The position numbers and the translations under genes are program-made. This document shows positions 29,839 to 40,116 of a stretch of DNA of 64,000 nt, one piece after another. This stretch comes from Nitrospirota bacterium (GTDB lineage: Bacteria > Nitrospirota > Thermodesulfovibrionia > Thermodesulfovibrionales > JdFR-86). Numbering within the stretch: position 1 is the first letter of the stretch; each line of letters begins with the position of its first letter. The stretch lies in the NCBI GenBank assembly GCA_963721805.1, contig CAVRJY010000001.1, forward strand, positions 64,001 through 128,000, in the 5' to 3' direction. The notes below the pieces were generated by a model. The model worked only from the letters and a program-made list of their open reading frames with translations. It did no database searches and was not told the DNA's origin.

Positions 29839-32259
29839 ATGTCTCAGAATATGACCAGCATAGAAGAGGAGATGAAGGTCTCCTATCTCGACTACGCGAT
29901 GAGCGTAATCATCGGCCGTGCGCTTCCGGTCGTGACCGACGGGCTCAAGCCGGTGCAGCGCCGCATACTGTACGCGATGTTTAGAGAGGGGCTGACGCCG
30001 GGCAAGAAGCACTCCAAGAGCGCCGGCGTCGTCGGCGAGGTCTTAAAGAAATACCACCCGCACGGCGACACCGCCGTCTATGACGCGATGGTGCGCCTCG
30101 CTCAGGACTTCAACATGCGCGCCCCGCTCGTAGACGGGCAGGGCAACTTCGGCTCGATAGACGGAGACCGCGCGGCGGCATATCGTTATACCGAGGCCAG
30201 GCTTACGAAGATCGCCGAGGAGCTGCTCGCCGACATCGACAAGGACACGGTGGACTTCATCCCGAACTTCGACGAGACCACGAGCGAGCCCGCGGTGCTG
30301 CCTTCGAAGGTCCCGAATCTGCTTTTAAACGGAGCCGCGGGCATCGCCGTAGGCATGGCCACGAACATCCCGCCGCACAACCTCGGCGAGCTGATTGATG
30401 GATTAGTGATGCTGCTGGACGACCCCAAGGTTACATTAGAAAAGCTAATGACAGCCATAAAGGGCCCTGACTTCCCGACCGGCGGGATCATATGCGGCAC
30501 GGCCGGCCTGCGCGACGGGTACGAGACCGGCCGCGGGCTCGTGCGGATGCGCGCGCGCACAGTGATAGAGCGCGACCACAAGGGCCAGGAGACGATCATC
30601 GTCACCGAGATCCCCTACCAGGTCAACAAGTCCTCGATGATAAAGAAGATGGCCGAGCTCGTGCGCGCCAAGAAGATCGAGGGCATCTCGGAAATTCGGG
30701 ATGAATCCGACCGCGACGCGTCGGTGCGCGTGGTCATAGAGCTCAAGCGCGGCGAGATCGCGCAGGTCGTCCTCAACAACCTGTTCAAGCACACGCAGAT
30801 GAGCGAGACGTTCGGCATGAACATGCTCTCGCTCGTCGGCAAGCAGCCGAAGCTCCTGGGGCTCCGCCCGATACTCGTGCTGTTCATCGAGCACCGCAGA
30901 GACGTCGTCACCCGCCGCACGCGCTTCGACCTCAGGCGAGCCGAGGAGCGCGCGCATATCTTAGAGGGCCTCAAGATCGCGATAGACAACCTAGACGAGA
31001 TCATCACGATGATCAAGGCCTCGCCCGACCCCGAGACAGCGCGTAACGGGCTGATGACGCGCTTCAAGCTCTCGCAGCCGCAGGCCCAGGCGATCCTGGA
31101 CATGAGGCTCCAGCGCCTGACCGGGCTCGAGCGCGACAAGATCATTACCGAGTACACCGAGATCATAAAGGCGATCTCGCTACTGAAGGCGATCCTCGCA
31201 AACGACGAGCTGAAGGACAAGATCATCCGCGACGAGCTTGTCGAGATCAAGCAGAAATACGCAAACCCGCGCCGCACCGAGATCACCGGCGAGGCCCAGG
31301 ACATCAACATCGAGGATATGATCAAGGAAGAAGAGATGGTCGTCACGATGTCCTATACCGGGTATATAAAGCGCAACCCGCTCTCGCTGTACCGCAGCCA
31401 GCGCCGCGGCGGCAAGGGGCTCACAGGCATGGAGACGCGCGAGGAGGACTTCGTCGAGCAGATGTACATAGGCTCGACGCACGACTACATGATGTTCTTC
31501 ACGAACAAGGGCCGCCTGCACTGGCTCAAGACATACCAGATCCCGGAGTTCGGCCGCGCCACGAAGGGCAAGGCGATCATCAACCTCCTGCAGCTTACAG
31601 AGGGCGAACGCGTGGCGACCGCGATACAGGTCAAGGACTTCACCGAGGGCGGCAACCTCGTGATGTTCACCAAAAAGGGCATCGTGAAGAAGACCCCCCT
31701 TATCGACTATTCAAACGTGCGCACCAAGGGCATCATCGCCCTGAACATAGACGAGGACGACGAGCTGATCGCGGTGCGCCGCACGACCGGGCAGAGCGAC
31801 CTCATCATGGGCACGCGCAACGGGCTCTCGATCCGGTTCCATGAGGACGACGTGCGCACGATGGGCCGCGTGGCCAGGGGCGTCATCGGCATCCGCCTGA
31901 TGAAGGGCGACGAGGTCGTCTCGGCCGACGTGGTCGAGGACCGCACCACCCTGCTTACGATCACCGAGCGCGGCATGGGCAAGCGCTCGCGCGCCGAGGA
32001 CTACCCGGTGCAGGGCCGCGGCGGCAAGGGCGTGATCTCGATCAAGACGACCGAGAAGGGCGGCAAGGCCTTAGGGCTCATAAAGGTTATCGACGACGAC
32101 GAGATCGTCCTGATCTCGAACGCCGGGAAGCTCATACGTATGCGCGCCGGGGATATCACGACGCTCGGCCGCAACACGCAGGGCGTCAAGCTCATGTCGA
32201 TCTCGGAAGACGAGCGCGTGATGGGCCTGAGCCGCGTGGCCGAACGCATGACCGACTAG
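29839..32259 (+). CDS. gyrA: DNA gyrase subunit A
   Basis: [22 protein letters not shown] and GyrA-box QRRGGKG; SD AAGGAG before ATG 29839. Confidence 0.97.
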   Translation: MSQNMTSIEEEMKVSYLDYAMSVIIGRALPVVTDGLKPVQRRILYAMFREGLTPGKKHSKSAGVVGEVLKKYHPHGDTAVYDAMVRLAQDFNMRAPLVDGQGNFGSIDGDRAAAYRYTEARLTKIAEELLADIDKDTVDFIPNFDETTSEPAVLPSKVPNLLLNGAAGIAVGMATNIPPHNLGELIDGLVMLLDDPKVTLEKLMTAIKGPDFPTGGIICGTAGLRDGYETGRGLVRMRARTVIERDHKGQETIIVTEIPYQVNKSSMIKKMAELVRAKKIEGISEIRDESDRDASVRVVIELKRGEIAQVVLNNLFKHTQMSETFGMNMLSLVGKQPKLLGLRPILVLFIEHRRDVVTRRTRFDLRRAEERAHILEGLKIAIDNLDEIITMIKASPDPETARNGLMTRFKLSQPQAQAILDMRLQRLTGLERDKIITEYTEIIKAISLLKAILANDELKDKIIRDELVEIKQKYANPRRTEITGEAQDINIEDMIKEEEMVVTMSYTGYIKRNPLSLYRSQRRGGKGLTGMETREEDFVEQMYIGSTHDYMMFFTNKGRLHWLKTYQIPEFGRATKGKAIINLLQLTEGERVATAIQVKDFTEGGNLVMFTKKGIVKKTPLIDYSNVRTKGIIALNIDEDDELIAVRRTTGQSDLIMGTRNGLSIRFHEDDVRTMGRVARGVIGIRLMKGDEVVSADVVEDRTTLLTITERGMGKRSRAEDYPVQGRGGKGVISIKTTEKGGKALGLIKVIDDDEIVLISNAGKLIRMRAGDITTLGRNTQGVKLMSISEDERVMGLSRVAERMTD

Positions 32260-32284
32260 GGGGGCCACTGGCCCCCTTTATTTT
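32259..32284 (+). terminator. Terminator-like mini-hairpin after gyrA
   Basis: GGGGGCCA-C-TGGCCCCC followed by TTTATTTT. Confidence 0.55.
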
Positions 32285-32337
32285 CTGCATTTGTAACCGG
32301 GGTGCGATTAGCACCCCCTTCCACATAGGAGGTTTTT

Positions 32338-32880
32338 ATGCTGCCGATAGGCCCCCTGATGATAGAGCACAGGCTGATCGAGCGGGCCATCGCCCTGATG
32401 GTCTCGGAACTCGGGCGCATAGAGGCCACCGGCACGGTCGATACCGGCCGCATCGGCATGATAGTGGATTTCATCAAGACGTACGCGGACCGCTGCCACC
32501 ACGGCAAAGAGGAAAACATCCTCTTTAAGGAGCTTGCCACAAAGCCCCTGACCGCCGAGCACAGGGGGATGATGGACGCGCTGACCGCCGAGCACGAGCT
32601 CGGCAGGACCGCGACTCGGAGGCTCGTCGCCGCGACCGCGAGCTACGCCGGGGGCGATCCCGAGGCGCTCGCTCAGATCGTCGAGGCGATGGGGCTGATC
32701 GTGGAGTTCTACCCGCGCCACATCGAGAAGGAGGACAAGCATTTCTTCATGCCGGTTATGCAGTATTTTTCCGAACAGGAAAAGGCGGATATGCTGAAAC
32801 AAGGCTATGCGTTCGACCAGACGCTCATCCACGAAAAGTATAAGAACTTAGTCGAGGTTGCCGAACGAGAGGTTTCCTGA
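32338..32880 (+). CDS. Hemerythrin/HHE cation-binding protein
   Basis: EHRLI, HHGKEENILF, EHELGR and HIEKED. Confidence 0.88.
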   Translation: MLPIGPLMIEHRLIERAIALMVSELGRIEATGTVDTGRIGMIVDFIKTYADRCHHGKEENILFKELATKPLTAEHRGMMDALTAEHELGRTATRRLVAATASYAGGDPEALAQIVEAMGLIVEFYPRHIEKEDKHFFMPVMQYFSEQEKADMLKQGYAFDQTLIHEKYKNLVEVAEREVS

Positions 32881-32964
32881 CAGTTGCGCGAAATACGCGG
32901 GGGCGACTGCCTCTCTCCAATATACGTTGACAAGGAAAGGGGCTGACTGGCCCCCCCTTCTTTT

Positions 32965-35370
32965 TTAGAGCTTTGCCAACTCCTCTATATTTTTGATTAC
33001 CTCTTCTGTGGTCTCTCTGAGTTCCTCGCCCATGCGCTTGTACTCGTTTGGGTATTCGTCCTCCATGAAGTGCATCAGCGCGTAGTATACCGGCCTCATC
33101 CTGTCCTTCAGGCCCAGCGCCTCATCATCGAATAAGCCCTTTACATAGTGGTACTGTCCTTTTGCTATCAGGAACTGAATAATTATAGGTGTTTGACTAT
33201 CCTCCAGCGCTTCTTTGTCCCTGAGGTGCTCCTTCAATAATTCGAAAGCTTCTTCAAGCCTGTTGTTCCATATGAATGCAAGAATAAGCGGTATCCTAGA
33301 CATATAGCTAGCCACTGCCGCATACTCCATAAGCGCATACTCAAGCGCCTTTTCTTTTTCCTTTTTCTGTGCCCAGTAAGCGTAAGATAACAGTGAATAT
33401 GCTTTTGGGCTGCCTTTTTCTATAGCCTTGAGGTAATATGGCTCAGCTTCAGCAAACCGGCCCTGCTTAGAGTAGAGGATACCGAGTCTGTTAAAAGCCT
33501 TATCATCTCCTTTTTCTATAGCCTTGAGATAAAAAGTTTCGGCCTCATCAAACCGGCCCTGCACAGAGTAAAGGACTCCGAGGTTGAGAAATGTCTTGTC
33601 AGTCCCCTTTTCTATAGCCTTGAGGTAATAGAACTCGGCCTCATCAAGCCGGCCCTGTTTATGGTAAAGGGCTCCTAGGTTGTTCAACGCCTCATTAACT
33701 CCTGCTTCTATGGCCCTGAGATAATATGTCTCGGCCTTATCAAACCGGCCCTGATCATAGTAAAGAACTGCGAGGGCGTAAGAAGCCTTATCGTTTCCTT
33801 TTTCAATGGACTTGAGGTAGAGTGTTTCTGCCTTTTCAAGATCCCCGAGATTGCTGTACGCAATTCCAAGCCCAGATAAAACAATAGGGAGTTCGTTTAA
33901 CCGGGCATTGTTTTCAAGCAGGCCTATGAATCCCTGAACATCTTTGGCCTCAAGGAGGTCTACTGATTTGTTTAATATCTCAATATCAGATTGCATAAGC
34001 TCTTTGGCAAGGGCCTCATCCTTACTTTTAAGGAACTCCCTTGTTGCGGTGATGAGTTCATGCTGTTCTTTCATGGGAAGTCCCGCGAGCGCAAGGGCTT
34101 CGGTGAAATAATACGCATGCCCGGCATAGAACCCATCGTTTGAAAGCGCCGATATATGGCGGTTGGCTCTCTCTACAAGCTCGTCCTTGCTACACCACTC
34201 TGAGAGGAACTTCACTAGCCACTTCACCCTCTGGTTCTCTACCCCACCCCTCCTCCCAAAACGCATCAAATACCAGATATTAAAAAACCGTTCAGTGATC
34301 ATGTAAAGGTGGTTCTTGGTAGTGGTCTTTATCCTTGTAACCAGACCGCTTCGTAATAACTGATTTAGCTGGGCAGAGACTGCCTTGCTGTCGAGGCGTA
34401 CTTTCTTTGCGATCTCTCCGGTGCTTATGCCGTCCCAGTGCATGGCCATCGCATCGACTATCCTCTGCTGCTGCACCGGTAGGTCGTCCATGCGGTGCTT
34501 GTAAAGAGGGGTGACCCTGTCGAGTACGACTTCAAGATCACGAAACGAGTCGCCGGATGCGTCGTCCGCGAGTATCTCAAAAAGCAGTATCACCGTCCGG
34601 GGGATTCCTCCGGTAAGCCTTCGGAGGGTCTCGATGCGTTCGGGCTGGCGCTCCACTATCTCTTTGACCGCTTCGTTCTTGTAGTTCTCGGCAAGCTTAA
34701 GGAGAAGTTCTGTGGTCTCGGTGCGATTCAGCCCCCTAAGCTGCACCATCTTGAAAAACTCGAAAAACGGCTTTCCGTAGTCATAGGTATGCTCAAGCAT
34801 CCCGGCAGAGGCCCCGACAACGCGGAAGTCCGGCGAGGTAAGCAGTATCTCACGGAACCTGTGCTGCTCGGTCTCGTCTATCCTGTCAAGGACGTCCCCG
34901 ATGTTGTCAATGAACAGCACGAGTTTTTTGCCGTTTGCCCTGAGCGCGGCTTCAAGGATGCCGAAGCACTCCTCGTCATACCGTTCATGCCCGCGTGCTT
35001 CCTCAAAGCGTGCGCCAAGCCCCGCGAATCCATCTGTCTGCGCGAGCTTTTCCGCCGCGCCCTCCCACAGGTCGCAGAGCGAGCCCATGTTATAGTGCTC
35101 CTCAGGGAACATCACCGGGATGAGCCAAGCTTGAAGGCCGGGGCCTCTTTTGATCTCGTGGTAAATGCGCAGGAGGAGCGTGGTCTTTCCGGTGCCCCTC
35201 GCGCCCTGGATAATATAATGCTGCTCTGGGTTTTCCATCTTCGAGCTTTTTATGTCATCGAATATCTGGCGGAATTCTTTCAACCTTATGACAAAGCTGT
35301 TTATCAGTTCCTCTGGCGTCTGGTTGTCGGGGTTGTAGATATGCGCGATCTTAGTTTGCGCAGTTTTCAT
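32965..35370 (-). CDS. P-loop (STAND/AAA-like) ATPase with wHTH and 32-aa TPR/Sel1 repeats
   Basis: Walker A GARGTGKTT, Walker B LVLFIDN, TGGIPR (GxP), HTH (ISTGEIAKKVRLDSKAVSAQLNQL), and about 5 tandem 32-aa repeats at ~33390-33870. Confidence 0.85.
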   Translation of the reverse strand: MKTAQTKIAHIYNPDNQTPEELINSFVIRLKEFRQIFDDIKSSKMENPEQHYIIQGARGTGKTTLLLRIYHEIKRGPGLQAWLIPVMFPEEHYNMGSLCDLWEGAAEKLAQTDGFAGLGARFEEARGHERYDEECFGILEAALRANGKKLVLFIDNIGDVLDRIDETEQHRFREILLTSPDFRVVGASAGMLEHTYDYGKPFFEFFKMVQLRGLNRTETTELLLKLAENYKNEAVKEIVERQPERIETLRRLTGGIPRTVILLFEILADDASGDSFRDLEVVLDRVTPLYKHRMDDLPVQQQRIVDAMAMHWDGISTGEIAKKVRLDSKAVSAQLNQLLRSGLVTRIKTTTKNHLYMITERFFNIWYLMRFGRRGGVENQRVKWLVKFLSEWCSKDELVERANRHISALSNDGFYAGHAYYFTEALALAGLPMKEQHELITATREFLKSKDEALAKELMQSDIEILNKSVDLLEAKDVQGFIGLLENNARLNELPIVLSGLGIAYSNLGDLEKAETLYLKSIEKGNDKASYALAVLYYDQGRFDKAETYYLRAIEAGVNEALNNLGALYHKQGRLDEAEFYYLKAIEKGTDKTFLNLGVLYSVQGRFDEAETFYLKAIEKGDDKAFNRLGILYSKQGRFAEAEPYYLKAIEKGSPKAYSLLSYAYWAQKKEKEKALEYALMEYAAVASYMSRIPLILAFIWNNRLEEAFELLKEHLRDKEALEDSQTPIIIQFLIAKGQYHYVKGLFDDEALGLKDRMRPVYYALMHFMEDEYPNEYKRMGEELRETTEEVIKNIEELAKL

Positions 35371-36520
35371 ACCACCACCTCCTAAGGACCGGGGAGTTGA
35401 AGCGATAGACCTCCGGGCGGTCGTTGTTGTTTATGTATCCGTCGTGGATGAGCACACGCATGACCTGTTTATAATCGTCCCTCAAGTCGTGCTTCACGGC
35501 AAGGTCGAGCACCTCATTAGTAGACAGCGAGTGTTTGCGGGAGATGATGTCAAGAACCTCCTCAGCGAACTTGTATTCAGGGCGGCTCAGGGATTTCTTG
35601 AGCCTGTTCTGCCAGAGGTCGAAGTGATTGCGGTGCTGAAGCATGCCATCGAAGGCCAGATCGACCATCTTTTTGGTGACCTTTGTCGATCTGTCCTCTG
35701 CAGCCAAATCGCCGATCTCCTGCACAAGGGCCTGTAGGTGGAATGGTATCAGCCATTCTATCTTTTTGATCGCATAGCTGATGCTTGGGGCTTCGGCACG
35801 GAGGCCAAGCCCCTCAAGCAGAAGACCAAGCAGAATGGATGCTTCCTTATCTTTTAACGGCGCAACCTTTATGGACGTGAGGTCGGATATAAGGTCGGAG
35901 GCCTCAATGCGGCCTGCGACGTTTTCAAGGCCAACTGAGCCTGTGAACACGAAGAGCAGGTTATCCCTTAGCGCTTCGTCATGCCTGAGTTCCCTGAGCG
36001 CCTGAAGAAAACTCAGCGCCTGCTCTTTTCCGCCGGACCTTACGATATTCTCAACGGTCTGAGTGAATTCGTCAACGAGGATTACAATTTTTCGGCCTTC
36101 AAGAGGCAGTGTGCGCATGGTATTGAAAAATCGTTCCCTGTAGTCAGTGCCTTTGCCCTCTCGAATCTCGACGCCTTTGACGCCTTTTATCCTGTTTAAG
36201 GCCGCGCTTACAAAGTCCCTCGTCTTATGCCCAATCCTTGTGGTTCTAGAGGCAACCGCGTCGTCATCTATGATGGTTTCGTAAAGCCGTCTGTAGAAAT
36301 CGTCTTCGGTCTTGATCGATTGAGTGATGATATATAAGAAATGGAATCCCTCGATATCAGAGTCCACGAGCTTGAAGAGGATAGAGGTCTTGCCTATCCT
36401 TCTTGGCGAAGATATCAGCACATTCGCATCATTCCTTAGTGCTCTTATGATTTTATTCTGCTCTGACGGCCTGTCAAAGTAGTCCTCTCCGCTTACCGCT
36501 TGCCCCACCTTGTTTTTCAT
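35351..36520 (-). CDS. Archaeal-ATPase-like P-loop NTPase
   Basis: YFDR, SPRRIGKTS, VILVDEF, FTGS and IPFHLQ; overlaps the downstream ATPase-TPR gene by 20 bp. Confidence 0.85.
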   Translation of the reverse strand: MKNKVGQAVSGEDYFDRPSEQNKIIRALRNDANVLISSPRRIGKTSILFKLVDSDIEGFHFLYIITQSIKTEDDFYRRLYETIIDDDAVASRTTRIGHKTRDFVSAALNRIKGVKGVEIREGKGTDYRERFFNTMRTLPLEGRKIVILVDEFTQTVENIVRSGGKEQALSFLQALRELRHDEALRDNLLFVFTGSVGLENVAGRIEASDLISDLTSIKVAPLKDKEASILLGLLLEGLGLRAEAPSISYAIKKIEWLIPFHLQALVQEIGDLAAEDRSTKVTKKMVDLAFDGMLQHRNHFDLWQNRLKKSLSRPEYKFAEEVLDIISRKHSLSTNEVLDLAVKHDLRDDYKQVMRVLIHDGYINNNDRPEVYRFNSPVLRRWWYENCAN

Positions 36521-36714
36521 CTCCTTAGCCTCCTGACAATGAATATATTGTGATCATATCATGGCTATATTATTTTTGTCAACACTAATGACAAGATTTA
36601 TTTTGTTATTTAAGTGGGCTCGTGGATGCTATTGATGGGGATGGGGAAGCTATCCCTCAAAAAGAAAGAGGGGCCTGTCGGCCCCTCGGAATGATCGTGC
36701 GCTATAACCGACAA

Positions 36715-38307
36715 CTAAGTCTTTATGTTCGCCGTGGTCTGCGACAGCTCTTCCGCGATCTCCGCCAGCTTTTCAACTTCCTGCGCCACGTTGCCGGACA
36801 GCCCTTCCAGCTCGCGCGATATGTTAGATGTGGACTCGATGTTAGAGGCGACCTCAGAGGCGGTGGCCGACTGCTCCTCGACCGCGACCGCGATCTGGTT
36901 GATCTGGTCCTTAACCCTGCTGATCGACTCGACGATTGTATCGAGGACGTTTTTGAGGTTCAGTATATGCCCGGTGGACTTCGTGACGCCCTTTGAGGCC
37001 TCGGCCATCGACTCGGCCGTGCGTGCGGACTCGGACTGCACAGTGCCGATCTCGGCCGAGATCTCGGCCGTGGCCTTGATCGTGCGCTCGGCGAGTTTCC
37101 TGACCTCGTCGGCCACGACCGCGAAGCCGCGGCCCTGGTCCCCGGCGCGCGCGGCCTCGATCGCGGCGTTGAGCGCCAGCAGGTTCGTCTGGTCCGCGAT
37201 GTCCTTGATAACGGTGACGATCTTGCCGATCTCCTGCGCACGTTGGCTCTGCTTCTGGATCATATCGGCGAGCGATACGGTCGAGGCGTTGACCTCCTTG
37301 ATCGTCTCGGCCGAGATGTCCGTGATGTGCTTGCCGCCCTCGGCTATTTCCATGGCCTCGGTCGAGGTCTCGGCGGACTCTGCCGCGTTTCTGGCGATGT
37401 CGATGATCGTCTGGGTCATCTCCTCGGCCGCGGTCGCGATCATGTGCGCCTGGCCGGACTGCTTGCGCGCGCCTTCCAATGTCGCGTCGGCGTGCTCCTT
37501 GACGTTCCTGACCGCGGGCAGTATCCCGGAGGACGCCTCGATGATGCTGTGGAGCATGCGCGAGAAGTGCTTGACGACCAGGTCGACGCTCTGCGACATC
37601 TGCGCGATCTCGTCTTTGCCCTCGATGTGCAGCGAGGTGTCGGTATACCCCTCGCCCACGCGCCTGACCTTCGCGATCAGGGTCTTGATCGGCGCGTGTA
37701 CCAGATGTATGAGCACGGGGACGATCACGGCCATCGCGACCACGCCGAGCAGCCCCAGCAGGGCGAAGAGGTACTGCATCGAGCGTATCCGGGCGAACGA
37801 CTCGCGCAGCGGCAGGCGTATGCTCACCGCGCCGAGCACCGTGCCCTCGCTGACGCTGTGGCACGAGAGGCAGTTCTTGCCCATGAACTTTTCCTTCGCG
37901 ATGTAAGGGTATACGCCGCGTATGGCCTCGCCCTCGATCACGACCTTCTCCTTGCCGCTCTGGATGACGTCCTTCTCTATATCGTCGGAGGCGTAGTCGG
38001 AGGCCTCGCCCCTGCCGAAGTCCTTGTCGAGCACCTCGCTCCTTATCACGCGAAGGTCGACCAGCGTGCGCATCTGATCGACGAACGGGCCCTTGGACTG
38101 CTTCATGTTGCCCGCGATCATCATGGTCGTAAGCGCGTTGAGCACGGTGTCGCGGTATCCGGGGAGCGTGGAGTGCTCGGCCTCGTGCAGGACGATGGCC
38201 TCGGTCTGATATCCGGTGACGAGCGTGGTGACCGTGACGCCGAGCGTGACGAGGATGATGATGGGCACGGCGAGCTTCCACTTGATCGAGATGTCTCTAA
38301 GCCTCAT
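36715..38307 (-). CDS. Methyl-accepting chemotaxis protein with periplasmic c-type heme motif
   Basis: Two TM helices flanking [40 protein letters not shown]. Confidence 0.93.
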   Translation of the reverse strand: MRLRDISIKWKLAVPIIILVTLGVTVTTLVTGYQTEAIVLHEAEHSTLPGYRDTVLNALTTMMIAGNMKQSKGPFVDQMRTLVDLRVIRSEVLDKDFGRGEASDYASDDIEKDVIQSGKEKVVIEGEAIRGVYPYIAKEKFMGKNCLSCHSVSEGTVLGAVSIRLPLRESFARIRSMQYLFALLGLLGVVAMAVIVPVLIHLVHAPIKTLIAKVRRVGEGYTDTSLHIEGKDEIAQMSQSVDLVVKHFSRMLHSIIEASSGILPAVRNVKEHADATLEGARKQSGQAHMIATAAEEMTQTIIDIARNAAESAETSTEAMEIAEGGKHITDISAETIKEVNASTVSLADMIQKQSQRAQEIGKIVTVIKDIADQTNLLALNAAIEAARAGDQGRGFAVVADEVRKLAERTIKATAEISAEIGTVQSESARTAESMAEASKGVTKSTGHILNLKNVLDTIVESISRVKDQINQIAVAVEEQSATASEVASNIESTSNISRELEGLSGNVAQEVEKLAEIAEELSQTTANIKT

Positions 38308-38408
38308 GGGACAACCTCTGGCATGACATGTCGAGCCCTCCCCGTGCACTTAGTCTATGCGGGGCGGGGATGCGAAGTCAATGTAAATTTACAGATAGAG
38401 GGTGCGTG

Positions 38409-39533
38409 TTAGTAGAGCGCGTATTCGAGCAGGCGGCACTCTATCGGGCCGTTGTACATCGCGAGCCGCCGCGAGGTGCGCAGCCCCACGCGCTTGCCGA
38501 GTGTTGGATTGCCCGTGAAGACGTAGCCGCGATACCCCGTGCAGCGCTGCTTGAAGAAGTCCCCGATGCGCTTGTACACCGGGCCGAGGGCCTCGGCATC
38601 GCCCATCCGGTGGCCGTATTCCGGGTTCAGGACGACCACCCCTCCGCCTTCGGGGACCGTGGTCTGGTCGAACTCCGAAACGCCGAACTCGATCAGGTGC
38701 TCGACGCCCGCGGTGCGCGCGTTCTGGCGAGCGGCCTCTATCGCGGCCGGGTCGCGGTCGGTCGCGATTATGCGGCCTGTTAGCGTCTTTAAGCTCGCGC
38801 CGCGCGCCTCGTCGCGCATCGTGCGCCATGCGCTGAGGTCGAAGCCCTTGAGGTGCATGAACGCGAAGTTGTCGCGCAGGAGGCCGGAGGGGCGATTCAA
38901 TGCGATCAGCGCGGCCTCGATCGCGAGCGTCCCGCTGCCGGTCATTGGATTGACGAACGCGCCCTCGCCATGCCAGCCGGTGGCCATCACGACGGCCGCC
39001 GCGAGCGTCTCGATCATCGGGGCCTTGAACGGCATCTTCCTATACCCGCGCTTGCTCAGAGGCTCGCCGGAGGTGTCGAGGTATATCGCACAGCCCTCGT
39101 CGCGCCAGTATACGTGCACGACCGCGCCGCGTGAAAGCTCGGGGCCGGAGTCCGGCCGCCTTCCGGTGAGTTCGCGGAACCGGTCGGCGATCGCGTCCTT
39201 GGCCCGCACGTTTACGAACCTTGAATCGCGGATCGAGGGGTGCTCGACCGTGGAGGTAACGCTCACGTACCCGTCAGGGGACATGTGGTCCTCCCACCTG
39301 ATCCCGTGTACGAGGCTGTATAGCTCGTCCGGGCTGTTTATCTCGGCGCGCTTAAGCAGGACGAGCACGCGGTGGCCGGTGCGGAGGGTCAGGTTCAGGC
39401 GCATCACGTCGAGCGCGCCGCCCTGGAGCGTGACCGTGGTCTCGGTCTCGGAGACGACCTCGAGGCCGAGCGAGCGAACCTCGGCCGCTACGTATGGGAC
39501 GAGCCCGCGCGCCGCCGTGATCAGGATGTCCAC
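38409..39533 (-). CDS. THUMP-domain rRNA methyltransferase (RlmL N-terminal-like)
   Basis: [37 protein letters not shown] and NPEYG. Confidence 0.88.
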   Translation of the reverse strand: MDILITAARGLVPYVAAEVRSLGLEVVSETETTVTLQGGALDVMRLNLTLRTGHRVLVLLKRAEINSPDELYSLVHGIRWEDHMSPDGYVSVTSTVEHPSIRDSRFVNVRAKDAIADRFRELTGRRPDSGPELSRGAVVHVYWRDEGCAIYLDTSGEPLSKRGYRKMPFKAPMIETLAAAVVMATGWHGEGAFVNPMTGSGTLAIEAALIALNRPSGLLRDNFAFMHLKGFDLSAWRTMRDEARGASLKTLTGRIIATDRDPAAIEAARQNARTAGVEHLIEFGVSEFDQTTVPEGGGVVVLNPEYGHRMGDAEALGPVYKRIGDFFKQRCTGYRGYVFTGNPTLGKRVGLRTSRRLAMYNGPIECRLLEYALY

Positions 39534-39611
39534 TATGCCCTTGCCCCGCCTTCCGCAGTTTTGCTAGAGTTACGTGGATATCATAGCGCATTTCCGAAGG
39601 GGGAAACTCAG

Positions 39612-39932
39612 ATGGCTGACGAATTTAGCGGCGTAACGGTGATAAAGAAGGCCAACGTGTATTTTGAGGGCAGGGTGACGAGCCGGACGGTTTTATTCCC
39701 TGACGGGTCGAAAAAGACGCTGGGCATAATGCTGCCGGGCGAGTATGAGTTCGGCACCGCTGACCCGGAGATCATGGAAATCATCTCAGGCGAGCTAGAG
39801 GTGATGTTGCCCGGAGCGATCGCATGGCGCGGGATCAAGGGCGGCGAAACCTTCAACGTCGCGGGGAACTCGAAGTTCCAGCTGCGCGTGAGCGTCGTAA
39901 CGGACTACTGCTGCTCGTTCATCAAGAAATAG
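39612..39932 (+). CDS. ppnP: Pyrimidine/purine nucleoside phosphorylase (DUF1255)
   Basis: [30 protein letters not shown] and DYCCSF. Confidence 0.9.
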   Translation: MADEFSGVTVIKKANVYFEGRVTSRTVLFPDGSKKTLGIMLPGEYEFGTADPEIMEIISGELEVMLPGAIAWRGIKGGETFNVAGNSKFQLRVSVVTDYCCSFIKK

Positions 39933-39951
39933 CTTTATCGTACGCCGGTGG

Positions 39952-40069
39952 AAAGCCGCGCGAAACTCGCGTGGGGCCGACTGGCCCTTTCCCTATTCGC
40001 GGTGACGGGCACCGCTCACTCCGGGCGGTCTTCTCGCCCTTCCTTGTCTGACACGATTTCTCGTGCTTT
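39952..40069 (-). repeat. Long-hairpin element, degenerate copy filled with mini-modules
   Basis: 40022-40069 is the reverse complement of AAAGCACGAGAAATCGTGTCAGACAAGGAAGGGCGAGAAGACCGCCCG. Confidence 0.75.
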
Positions 40070-40116
40070 AATGTGGCCCCTGCCTAATCGTGCGAGCGGT
40101 CAACGGCATTGATGAG

